This document shows positions 10,450 to 20,431 of a DNA stretch of 64,000 nt, piece after piece. Under the pieces are notes generated by a model. It saw nothing but the letters and a program-made list of their open reading frames with translations, did no database searches and was not told the DNA's origin. The translations under genes were made by a program, and so were the position numbers. Location: NCBI GenBank assembly GCA_965247095.1, contig OZ251997.1:448001-512000 (forward strand). Direction: 5' to 3'. This DNA comes from Candidatus Multivorans sp. GTDB lineage: Bacteria; Acidobacteriota; Thermoanaerobaculia; Multivoradales; Multivoraceae. Each line of letters begins with the position of its first letter. Position 1 is the stretch's first letter.

Positions 10450-10505
10450 GTTGTGCGAGGATCGGCGGTTCGGGCCAAAGGTGGCCCGCCGCGAAGGACA
10501 AGCAC

Positions 10506-12272
<1,767 letters not shown>

Positions 12273-12279
12273 GGTTGCC

Positions 12280-13455
12280 TTGGCCGACCACGCCGCGGAC
12301 GGCCCGCACCGTCTGACTCTCGCCCATCCCCGGGGCGTGAGCGAGATCCTCGTCGGCCCGGGTCTGCTCGCCGCGGGCGCCGAGGGCGCGCTCGGCGGCG
12401 TGTTGGACTGGTGCCGGGGCCGGGTCGTGTTCCTGGTCACGAGCGAGGCGCCTGCTCGTCACTGCGGCGCGGCGGCGCGGCGGTTGCTTGAGACCGCGGG
12501 CGCTGCGCGGATTGAGACGATCGAGGTTCCCGACGGCGAGGCGGCCAAGACAGTCGAGTGCGCAGCGTCCGTCTGGCGGGAGATGCTCGAGCGCGGCGGC
12601 AAGCGGGACAGTCGCCTGGTGACCCTCGGCGGCGGCGCGGTGGGCGATCTCGGGGGCTTCGCCGCCGGTTGCTTCCTGCGCGGCATCGACTACATCCAGA
12701 TCCCGACCACGCTGCTGGCCCAGGTCGACGCCTCGGTCGGCGGCAAGACCGGGGTCGACCTGCCCGGCGGCAAGAACACGGTCGGCGCCTTCCACCATCC
12801 CCGCTTCGTGCTCGCCGACATCGACTGCCTGCGCACGCTGCCGGTCGGCGAGCTGCGGTCCGGGTTGTTCGAGGTGGTCAAGATGGCGGCGCTGCTCGAT
12901 CTCCGTCTGTTGACGGTGGTGGAGGAGTCGCTGGAGCGGCTGCTCGCCGCCTGTGCCGAGTCGCTGACGCCGGTCGTCGCCGCCTCGATCCGGGCCAAGC
13001 TGGGCGTCGTCGAAGCGGATCTCGAAGAAGGGGACCGCCGGCGGCTGCTCAACTTCGGCCACACCCTGGGGCACGCGATCGAATCGGAGTTCGGCTACCA
13101 GGGCCTGCGTCACGGCGACGCGGTGGCTCACGGCATGAGGTTCGCCCTGCGTTTGGCGCTTCGGCGTGGGCTGGATCCGGAGTTCGCGGCGCGCCTGGAG
13201 CGGATGATCGACCGGCTGGCGCCGCCCGGACTCGGCGCCGTGGAGCGGCAGGGTGGCGTGCGCCTGGACGTGGACCGGCTCATCCAGGCCATGGGCCGGG
13301 ACAAGAAGGCGCGCGAGAGCGGTCTGGTCTGGATCCTGCCGGCCGCGCCGGGCCGGGGCGAGATCGTTGCCGATCTCGATCCGGCGCTGGTGCGGAGTGA
13401 ACTCCGGGCGTTTCTCGACGACTCCCGTGCCTCGTCGTCCGGGGACGCGCAGTGA
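12280..13455 (+). CDS. aroB: 3-dehydroquinate synthase
   Basis: Motifs: GGGAVGDLGGF, PTTLLAQVDASVGGKTG, LNFGHTLGHAIE, DKK. Start uncertain (12259 or 12280). Confidence 0.95.
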   Translation: MADHAADGPHRLTLAHPRGVSEILVGPGLLAAGAEGALGGVLDWCRGRVVFLVTSEAPARHCGAAARRLLETAGAARIETIEVPDGEAAKTVECAASVWREMLERGGKRDSRLVTLGGGAVGDLGGFAAGCFLRGIDYIQIPTTLLAQVDASVGGKTGVDLPGGKNTVGAFHHPRFVLADIDCLRTLPVGELRSGLFEVVKMAALLDLRLLTVVEESLERLLAACAESLTPVVAASIRAKLGVVEADLEEGDRRRLLNFGHTLGHAIESEFGYQGLRHGDAVAHGMRFALRLALRRGLDPEFAARLERMIDRLAPPGLGAVERQGGVRLDVDRLIQAMGRDKKARESGLVWILPAAPGRGEIVADLDPALVRSELRAFLDDSRASSSGDAQ

Positions 13456-14447
13456 GCGTGGAAACCGGCGGTAGCGGCGCGGCTACGCCGGCGGTCGAGG
13501 GCGAAGCGCGCGAATCGCTGGAATCCGGAAGGGGCGGCCTGTGGAACCGGCTGCGGCGGGGCCTCGGCCGTACCCGGAAGGGACTGGTGGGCCGGATCAG
13601 CACCGCGCTTGGAGGCGCCGCGCGGATCGATGAGGACGTGCTGGAGCGGATCGAGGAGACCCTGATCGAGTCGGACCTCGGCGTCGAGACCTCGCTCGAG
13701 CTCGTCGAACGGCTGCGTCAGGCGGGAGATTCGGGGCCGATCGCCGCCGGCGACGAGTTCGCCCTACGGCAACTGCTGGTCGACGAAGTGGCGGTGCTGC
13801 TGCTCGACGCACCGCCTGCCGCGTTGCCGGCGACCCCGCGCATCACGCTGATGGTGGGCGTCAACGGTTCGGGCAAGACGACCTCCGCCGCCAAGCTGGC
13901 GCAGGCGTCCCTGGCCCGGGGCGAGAAGGTCCTGTTCGCGGCCGGCGACACCTTTCGTGCCGCGGCCGCGGAGCAGCTCGAGGTCTGGGGCGAGCGGCTG
14001 GGGATCGAGGTCGTCCGTCGCCCGTCGGGCGGCGACCCGGCGGCGCTCGTCTTTGACGCCGTTCAGGCGGCCGGGGCGCGCGGCGTCGATCATCTGATCG
14101 TCGACACGGCGGGCCGCCTCCACACCCGCGGTCAACTGATGGACGAGCTGTCGAAGGTCCACCGGGTCACCCGGCGCGCGGCCGGCGACGCCTGGAACCT
14201 CTTCACCCTCCTGGTGGTCGATGCCGGCAACGGCCACAACGCGCTGGTGCAGGCGCGCGAGTTCGGGGCGACGGTCCCGATCGACGCCGTGTTCCTGGCC
14301 AAGCTCGACGGCACGGCAAAGGGCGGCATGGCGGTGGCGATCGCCCGCGATCTGCGCCTGCCGGTCGCCTACCTGGGTGTGGGCGAGGGGGTGGAGGACA
14401 TCGTCGACTACAAGCCGCGGTCCTTTGCGGCCGCCCTGTTCGGGTGA
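13452..14447 (+). CDS. ftsY: SRP receptor GTPase FtsY
   Basis: Motifs: GVNGSGKTT, GDTFRAAAAEQL, DTAGRLH, KLDGTAKGG. Confidence 0.96.
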   Translation: MSVETGGSGAATPAVEGEARESLESGRGGLWNRLRRGLGRTRKGLVGRISTALGGAARIDEDVLERIEETLIESDLGVETSLELVERLRQAGDSGPIAAGDEFALRQLLVDEVAVLLLDAPPAALPATPRITLMVGVNGSGKTTSAAKLAQASLARGEKVLFAAGDTFRAAAAEQLEVWGERLGIEVVRRPSGGDPAALVFDAVQAAGARGVDHLIVDTAGRLHTRGQLMDELSKVHRVTRRAAGDAWNLFTLLVVDAGNGHNALVQAREFGATVPIDAVFLAKLDGTAKGGMAVAIARDLRLPVAYLGVGEGVEDIVDYKPRSFAAALFG

Positions 14448-15631
14448 GCGCCGTGGGCGCTGAGACCGCCGGACGTTTCGACGACGCCGATCGGCGGGCG
14501 ATGGGGCGGGCCCTGGCGCTGGCGCGGCGGGGCCGCCTGACCACGGCGCCGAACCCCATGGTGGGCGCGGTGGTCACGAAGAGCGGCGAGATCGTCGGCG
14601 CCGGCTGGCACCGTCGGGCCGGCGGCGAGCACGCGGAGGCGATGGCGCTCGACGCCGCCGGTGGCCGCGCCCGTGGCGGCACGATCTACGTCACGCTCGA
14701 GCCGTGCACCCATCACGGCCGGACCCCGCCCTGCGCGGGACGGATCCTGGAATCGGGGGTTGAGCGCGTGGTCTTCGCCCACCGCGATCCGAACCCCGAG
14801 GTGATCGGCGGCGGTGGCGAACGGCTGCGGGCCGCGGGCCTCCGGGTCGAGAGCGGGCTCCTGGCCGAGCAGGCGGTCGAGATGAATGTGCCCTTCCTGA
14901 CCCGCGTCCTTCACGAGCGGCCCGCCGTGACCCTGAAGTGGGCGATGAGCCTGGACGGCCGCATCGCGACGGCGACCGGCGACAGCCAGTGGATCTCGTC
15001 GCCGCGCGGCCGCCGTTGGGCGCTCGAACTGCGCGAGGAGCACCAGGCGATCGTGGTCGGCAGCGGCACCGCGCTGGCCGACGATCCGCGTCTCGACCGG
15101 CGACTGGGCCGGGCCGAGGGACCGATCGTGCGGGTGGTGCTCGATCGGCGGTTGCGGCTATCCCCGGGGGCGCGGATGTTCGAGGTCGAGGGGCCGGTTG
15201 TCGTCTACACGGCGGCGCCGGAGGGCGGCGCGAACGAGGGCGCGGACGAGGGCGCGGTGGAATGGGCCCGGCGGCGAGACCGTCTACGTGATGCGGGCGC
15301 CGATGTCGTCGTGATCGAGGCCGTGGCGCCGCCCGCGGTGCTGGCGGACCTGGCCGGGCGCGGCGTGTCGAACGTGCTCGTCGAGGGCGGTGCCGGGGTG
15401 CTGGAGGCGTTTGCGTCCTCGGGTGTCTGGGATCGGGCCGCGGTGTGCTGCGCGCCCCTCCTGATCGGCGGCGCGGCGGCCCTGGGCCCGATCGGCGGCG
15501 CCGGCGCGGAGAAGTTGGCTGACGCCTGGCGCCTCGATCGGCTGCGGGTTCTAAGGCGTGGCGCGGACGTGATTCTTGTAGGGTACCGGCAGGGATGTAT
15601 ACCGGAATTGTCACGGAGTGTGGCCGGGTAG
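14444..15631 (+). CDS. ribD: Bifunctional riboflavin deaminase/reductase RibD
   Basis: Motifs: PNPMVGA, HAE, TLEPCTHHGRTPPC, KWAMSLDG, VEGG. Confidence 0.96.
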   Translation: MSAVGAETAGRFDDADRRAMGRALALARRGRLTTAPNPMVGAVVTKSGEIVGAGWHRRAGGEHAEAMALDAAGGRARGGTIYVTLEPCTHHGRTPPCAGRILESGVERVVFAHRDPNPEVIGGGGERLRAAGLRVESGLLAEQAVEMNVPFLTRVLHERPAVTLKWAMSLDGRIATATGDSQWISSPRGRRWALELREEHQAIVVGSGTALADDPRLDRRLGRAEGPIVRVVLDRRLRLSPGARMFEVEGPVVVYTAAPEGGANEGADEGAVEWARRRDRLRDAGADVVVIEAVAPPAVLADLAGRGVSNVLVEGGAGVLEAFASSGVWDRAAVCCAPLLIGGAAALGPIGGAGAEKLADAWRLDRLRVLRRGADVILVGYRQGCIPELSRSVAG

Positions 15632-16344
15632 TCGAGGCCCCCAAAGCCCCCAAAGCCCCGACGCGCCACGGTGCCATCCGACCGCCCGAAGACGGGCGCT
15701 CGGACTGGGTCGCGTGTGGCGCGAGCACGCGCCCCACGGGTTCCCGCATGGTGATCGGGCACTCGGCGGAGCTTGCGTCGCGGCTGGAGCCGGGCGCCAG
15801 CCTCTCGGTCGCCGGGGTCTGCCTGACCGTGGTGGAGCAGGGCGGCGCGAACGGAGTGTCGGGTAACGGCGCAGAGGGCGCCATCCCGGCCTGGTCCGCC
15901 TTCGATCTGTCTCCCGAAACGCTCAGCCGCACGACTCTTGGCGCTCTGGTTGACGGCGATGAGGTGAACCTGGAGCCGCCGCTTTCTGCCGGCGACCCCC
16001 TTGGCGGCCACTGGGTCCAGGGCCACGTCGACACGACGACCCGGGTGGCGAAAGTCGAGGAACTCGGAGACAACCGGGTCATCACGTTCGAAGTCCCCGC
16101 CGAGCTCGAGAACGGCCTCGTCCTCAAGGGCAGCGTGACGATCGACGGCGTCAGCCTGACGATCGCGGCGCTGGACGAAGAAACCTTCGACGTCGCCCTG
16201 ATTCCGCACACGCTCGAGGTCACCACCCTCTCGGAGCTGAAGCCCGGCGACCCGGTCAACGTCGAGGGCGACGTCCTCGCCCGGTACGTCCAGAAGTCCG
16301 TCGAGGCGGCCGTCGCCGCCGCCCTCGAGTCGGCCCGGCGTTGA
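15595..16344 (+). CDS. ribE: Riboflavin synthase (alpha chain) with a repeat-derived in-frame insertion
   Basis: MYTGIV N-terminus, SVAGVCLTV, VNLE, GGHWVQGHVD, GSVTIDGVSLT, IPHT. About 35 extra residues near the N-terminus. Confidence 0.93.
   Translation: MYTGIVTECGRVVEAPKAPKAPTRHGAIRPPEDGRSDWVACGASTRPTGSRMVIGHSAELASRLEPGASLSVAGVCLTVVEQGGANGVSGNGAEGAIPAWSAFDLSPETLSRTTLGALVDGDEVNLEPPLSAGDPLGGHWVQGHVDTTTRVAKVEELGDNRVITFEVPAELENGLVLKGSVTIDGVSLTIAALDEETFDVALIPHTLEVTTLSELKPGDPVNVEGDVLARYVQKSVEAAVAAALESARR
15671..15745 (-). repeat. Intragenic copy of a REP/BIME-like element inside ribE
   Basis: The reverse complement aligns by eye to 16378-16449, sharing GTGCCATCCG, CGCCCGAAGACGGGCGC and GTGGCGCG. 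Confidence 0.85.
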
Positions 16345-16374
16345 GAGGGCATCGCGGGGCCCTTGAGGCCCGCC

Positions 16375-16532
16375 CCTGGGAGCCCGGGTGGCGCCCCGCG
16401 CCACCCGTGAACCACTCCGTGCGCCCGTCTTCGGGCGCGCGGATGGCACGCGGGCATCTTGCCGGCATCTGCGTGAGGGCCGTCCGCGACATGAGCCGTC
16501 CGTCCTGGGAACGCGGGCATCTTGCCCGCATC
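16375..16532 (+). repeat. BIME-like mosaic of palindromic repeats downstream of ribE
   Basis: Hairpins CGGGTGGCGC-CCC-GCGCCACCCG and GCGCCCG-TCTT-CGGGCGC, then two GCGGGCATCTTGCC(C/G)GCATC REP copies. Confidence 0.8.
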
Positions 16533-16552
16533 TGGGTCAGGATCGTCGCCCC

Positions 16553-17560
16553 GTGACTCCACTCAACCTCCGCGAACACGTCGCCGAACCGGCGAACCTC
16601 TGGATCCGTCACAGCTTCCCCCGTTGGCCCGCGGCCGGCAGCGGCAAGCTCTGGTGCGACTTCGCCACCGGCGGCCTGCCGCCATCGACCGTCGGGCCCT
16701 TGCCGGCCGCCGCCGAGGCCGCCGAAGGGGTGCACTCGGTGACCGATGTTGTGTACGTTCCCCCGCTACCGGCGGATCACGAGCACCTCCGTGCGCGCAT
16801 CGTCGAGGCCGCGGCTGGCGCCGGAGTGCCGCTCCTGATTCAAGTGGTGGCGAACATCCCGGTCGGCGGGTCGAGCCTCGGCGAGCTGGCCGCGCCAAGA
16901 CTTGCCGACCTGCCCCCCAACGCCGTCGTCGCAGTCGACCTCCTCGACGCCCTGGTCCGCCACGCTGCCGCGCTGCGAAGCGAGTTCAGGGAGCGTCGGC
17001 AGCCTGGCCTCCCGTTCGAACCGCGTCCGCTGGCCGGCGCGACCGTCGTCTGGCCGCTCGTTGCCGACTGGACCGACCAGCCGGGCCTCCTGGCGCCGGC
17101 GATGGCCCGACTCGCTGCCGCCGGCGCCCGCCGCGTCGTACCGCGCGCGATGCAGCTCGGCGCCCGCGAGCGGCGCCTGCTCGCCGAACGCCTGCAATCC
17201 ACCTGGCCCGAAGCCCTCGACGCCCTGTTTCACGGCGGCGATATACCACCCGACGTCGCGGCGTTCCAACGCGCCGCCGAAGCCGCGGGTCTCCAGCCCC
17301 GCCTGCCCCGGCCCCTGCCCGTGCCGCCCCTGCCGCCCAGGCTCCGCCGCACGCGCGAACTCGCCGGCCACCTGATCGAACTCGGCGACGCCGCCGGCGC
17401 CGAGCGTCCCGTGTACTACCGTGCCGCCCGCTTCCTCGACCGCGGCGAAGTCGACATCGACGCCGCCGCCCGCGAAGGCAACCTGAGCGTCTTGCCCTGG
17501 CTGGAGGAACTGGCCAGGGTGGCCGTGGAGGAGTGGCTGGCTACGAACCGCGGAAGCTAG
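16553..17560 (+). CDS. Hypothetical protein: degenerate SplB/PA0069-like radical SAM C-terminal half plus PolX N-terminal-like helical/HhH domain
   Basis: VWPLVADWTD..LAAAGARRV resembles PA0069-type APVIPGLTD..AAEAGA. The tail YYRAARFLD..DIDAAAREGNLSVLPWL resembles PolX AYRRAA..L..IPGIG. No CxxxCxxC motif. Confidence 0.55.
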   Translation: MTPLNLREHVAEPANLWIRHSFPRWPAAGSGKLWCDFATGGLPPSTVGPLPAAAEAAEGVHSVTDVVYVPPLPADHEHLRARIVEAAAGAGVPLLIQVVANIPVGGSSLGELAAPRLADLPPNAVVAVDLLDALVRHAAALRSEFRERRQPGLPFEPRPLAGATVVWPLVADWTDQPGLLAPAMARLAAAGARRVVPRAMQLGARERRLLAERLQSTWPEALDALFHGGDIPPDVAAFQRAAEAAGLQPRLPRPLPVPPLPPRLRRTRELAGHLIELGDAAGAERPVYYRAARFLDRGEVDIDAAAREGNLSVLPWLEELARVAVEEWLATNRGS

Positions 17561-17567
17561 GAAGTCC

Positions 17568-18251
17568 ATGCACCTGATCGTCTTCGACGTCGACGGGACG
17601 CTGGTCGAGTCGGACGAGTTCGATGGGGTCTTGTACGCCCAGGCGGTTCGGGACGTGCTCGACGTCGCGGTTGATGAGGACTGGTCCAGCTACCGGCACG
17701 TCACGGACAGCGGCATTCTGGACGAGATCCTCGATCGGCACGCCCTTGAGATGGACCGCTCCGTTGCCCATGCCTCAGTCAGGAAGGCCTTTGTCGCCCT
17801 GGTCCGCGACTATCTCAGCGATCGTAGTGGTCGACTACCGGAGGTCCCCGGCGCCAGAACCTTCGTGAACCGACTCATCGCGCACCCCGAAGTCACCGTA
17901 GCCGTTGCGACGGGCGGCTGGCGTGAGACCGCGGCGATGAAACTGCAAGCGATCGGCCTCGATCCCGAGGCGCTGCATCTGTCCTCCGCTTCGGATGCCA
18001 TCCGCCGGATCGAGATCATGCAGATTGCGGAGCGACGAGCGATGGCCGGCAAACCAGCCGACCGGAAGTTCTACTTCGGAAACCAGCCGTGGGACAGGGC
18101 AGCGAGTCGGAAGTTGGGTTGGGAGTTCATCGGGATCGGCGAACAGGTTGAGCATGTTCCTCGGTTTGAGGACTTTCTCGACCATGAGTCCATACTTGAG
18201 GTATTGGAGTTACCGCCGGCTTCGGCGCCGGCCCACGATGGGGGGACGTAG
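17568..18251 (+). CDS. HAD-family hydrolase
   Basis: FDVDGTL motif I and ATGG motif II. The motif IV region reads FGNQPWD instead of the usual GDxxxD. Confidence 0.85.
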   Translation: MHLIVFDVDGTLVESDEFDGVLYAQAVRDVLDVAVDEDWSSYRHVTDSGILDEILDRHALEMDRSVAHASVRKAFVALVRDYLSDRSGRLPEVPGARTFVNRLIAHPEVTVAVATGGWRETAAMKLQAIGLDPEALHLSSASDAIRRIEIMQIAERRAMAGKPADRKFYFGNQPWDRAASRKLGWEFIGIGEQVEHVPRFEDFLDHESILEVLELPPASAPAHDGGT

Positions 18252-18335
18252 GGGCCTGGGAAGTTGGTCCCCCTTCCGGTGAGATGGCGCCACTTGGCCA
18301 GGGCGCCTGCGTCACTGGTTTGGCGTGCGGACGCC

Positions 18336-19761
18336 TCAGGCGGCTTGCGGCTGGCGTTGGTCTCGCCTGATGACGCCCAGTCGCTCGCGAGCCACCACGG
18401 CCTCCAGGTGCGGCGGCGGTCGCCACAGGGACTCCATGACATAGCGCAGGTCCATCGGCCTGCCGTCCCAGGTGGGCATGGACTCCTTGCCGGTGACAGA
18501 ACGCCTGCGTCCTCCAGGTGCCGGACGAGCTCCTGGGCGGCGTAGGGGCCATGGACGGCGGCGCCGGGCAGTGCTCAAGCGGCCTGCCGCGACTGTCGAA
18601 GAACTGGGCGGCGCCCTCGTCGTTCATTCGCACGCTGCAGCCGCCTTCGTGGAGCAGGCGGTGGTGCCGCCGGCATAGGAGCACGAGGTTCGAGAGCTTC
18701 GTCTCGCCTCCGTCGGCCCAATGATGGACGTGATGGGCGTCGCAGTGCTGTGAAGTGCAGCCAGGGAAGCGGCAACTGCGGTCGCGGAACTCCAGGGCGC
18801 GCCGGATGGGGGGCGGAATGGTGCGGGTTTTGCGGCCAACGCTCAGGATCTCGCCATTTCGGTGGGTCATGCGCACCCTGCCGGCTTCGCAGGCGATCCG
18901 CCGGACTGTTTCCGCGGAAACAGGGACGCTGGAGGTGCCGAGCCAGGCGCTATGCGAGCAGGCGCCGTTCACCGGCGTTTCCGCGGAAACGCGACCGCCA
19001 CCTGCTTCCGCGGAAGCGCTTCCCGTCTGCGGCGCCGACGGCGTTTCCGCGGAAACGTGCGGCCCGTGGTCGGCGGACGTCGGTTCGGGTGCCTTGAGCT
19101 CTTCCTCGTTCACATGGACGACCACCTGATAACGGTCGCCGCTCTGTCCCGGCTCCAGCCCGCCTGCGAGCGCGCTCTCGGCCACCAGTGTCAGCGCATC
19201 GGCGCGCTGTTTGCCGACAGGCGGGCGGTCGTCGCGGCTCCTGTCGTACAGCTTCTCCCTCGCAGCCTTGAGAGCCTTCATCAGGACCTCGCCGGCCTCA
19301 GGCGCCAGCCGGCCCCGGATCACGAACGTGCCGTTCTCGTCGACGTGCGTCGTCAGGTGACTGGAGGCGTCGCGCAGGTCGTCGTCGTGGGTCTCAATCG
19401 TGCGGTCGATCCTCCGCCATGATCGGACGACTCGCTCGATGTGCGCCGCGGTGCCGGCCTTTCTGAGCTCCACGAGCGACTTCTCGGTGTCGGGCCGGGC
19501 GACGCGGGTCAGCGCCCTGACCTTGGACTACGAGAGTTCGCCTCGCCTCATCGCCTCGCTCAGGAGGGGCAGTTCGCTCAGGGCGCGAGCAACGCGGACC
19601 CGCTCGCGCGAGGCGCTGGGCGCCAGTCCGATGCGCCATGTGAGCCAGTGGGCGCAGGTCAGGAAGCCTTTACTCCAGCCCTCCTGCTCATCGAATCTGC
19701 GGATCAATACGAGGAGTTCGTAGGTCGCGGCGTCGATGCGCGTTGCGAGCGTGGCGATCTC
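18336..19761 (-). pseudogene. DUF222/HNH endonuclease (13E12-repeat-like) pseudogene
   Basis: CAHWLTWRIG and GELS*SKVRALTRVA (in-frame TAG at 19528-19530 where Tyr is expected). HNH core RDRSCRFPGC..CDAHHVHHWADGGETKLSNLVLLCRRHH. Frameshifted C-terminus (PTWDGRPMDL in another frame). 5' end cut by IS3. Confidence 0.88.
18906..19057. repeat. Four perfect palindromes with core TTCCGCGGAA inside the HNH gene
   Basis: 18906-18923 CTGTTTCCGCGGAAACAG; 18975-18992 GCGTTTCCGCGGAAACGC; 19004-19017 GCTTCCGCGGAAGC; 19042-19057 CGTTTCCGCGGAAACG. Confidence 0.95.
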
Positions 19762-19802
19762 TGGAGTTGCCCCGTTTTCGTGGACGGTTTGTGTTTGGAA
19801 AA

Positions 19803-20081
19803 TCAAGCAGCTTCGCGGTAGCTCTTCTCGAAGTTGACGGGTGATCGCTGTCCGATCGCGGAGTGACGACGATGGGTGTTGTACCAGCCCTCGATGTACC
19901 GGAAGAGCTCCGCCTTCGCTTCGGCATGATTCCGAAACCTGGTCCGGTCGAGCAGTTCGCACTCGAGGCTGGCAAAGAAGCTCTCCGCCATGGCGTTGTC
20001 GTAGCAGTCTCCGACGGAGCCCATCGAGAGCGCGATGCCGGCGTCGCGGCAGCGCTTCCCGAAGGTCAGGGAAGTGTACTG
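19803..20081 (-). pseudogene. IS3 orfB transposase, 3' fragment
   Basis: QYTS..SMGSVGDCYDNAMAESFFASLECE..YIEGWYNTHRRHSAIGQRSP. Confidence 0.92.
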
Positions 20082-20170
20082 CTTGGGTTCAAGGGATCGT
20101 CGCAACGCTTGGACGTCCAGGTCCGGTTCCGGTCCTCCTACGGGCGGAGTCTATTGGTTAGCCGTCGCCG

Positions 20171-20348
20171 GGGCTGTGGGAGGTGTGGGAAACGCGGAGG
20201 TCCTCCGGAGCGTTTTCCAAGCGGCTGCGGAAATCGCCTCAGCGATTTCCGAGGGGCCTGTGGGAGAGCTGTGTGAAGCGGGCGGGGGCCCGGGGGCTTT
20301 GCACAGCTCTTCCACCAGACCCGGCAGACGCGACACCTTCCACAGCCC
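20171..20348. other. Multi-stem structured non-coding element (candidate ncRNA or MITE) inside IS30
   Basis: A 15/16-matched closing inverted repeat GGGCTGTGGGAGGTGT / ACACCTTCCACAGCCC encloses three internal hairpins. Confidence 0.65.
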
Positions 20349-20431
20349 TCCGGGACCGGCCGGGCGCATGGATCGAAGGCGTGCTCCCTGGCGGTCAGAT
20401 TCGATTGGAATCCCCGGTCGTTCTCAGCCGC

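Noticed and set aside
15221-15260. GAGGGCGCG-type short repeats in ribD, and other Gly/Ala-rich inserts in core proteins
   Set aside because: Simple slippage in loop regions, with no similarity to the REP family.
14400-15600. FMN riboswitch for ribD/ribE (and TPP riboswitch for thiD)
   Set aside because: These genes overlap their upstream neighbours, leaving no leader, and no aptamer consensus was seen.
18906-19057. Palindrome cluster as a CRISPR array
   Set aside because: Repeats are only 14-18 bp, spacers are irregular (about 11-51 bp), they lie in coding frame, and there are no cas genes.
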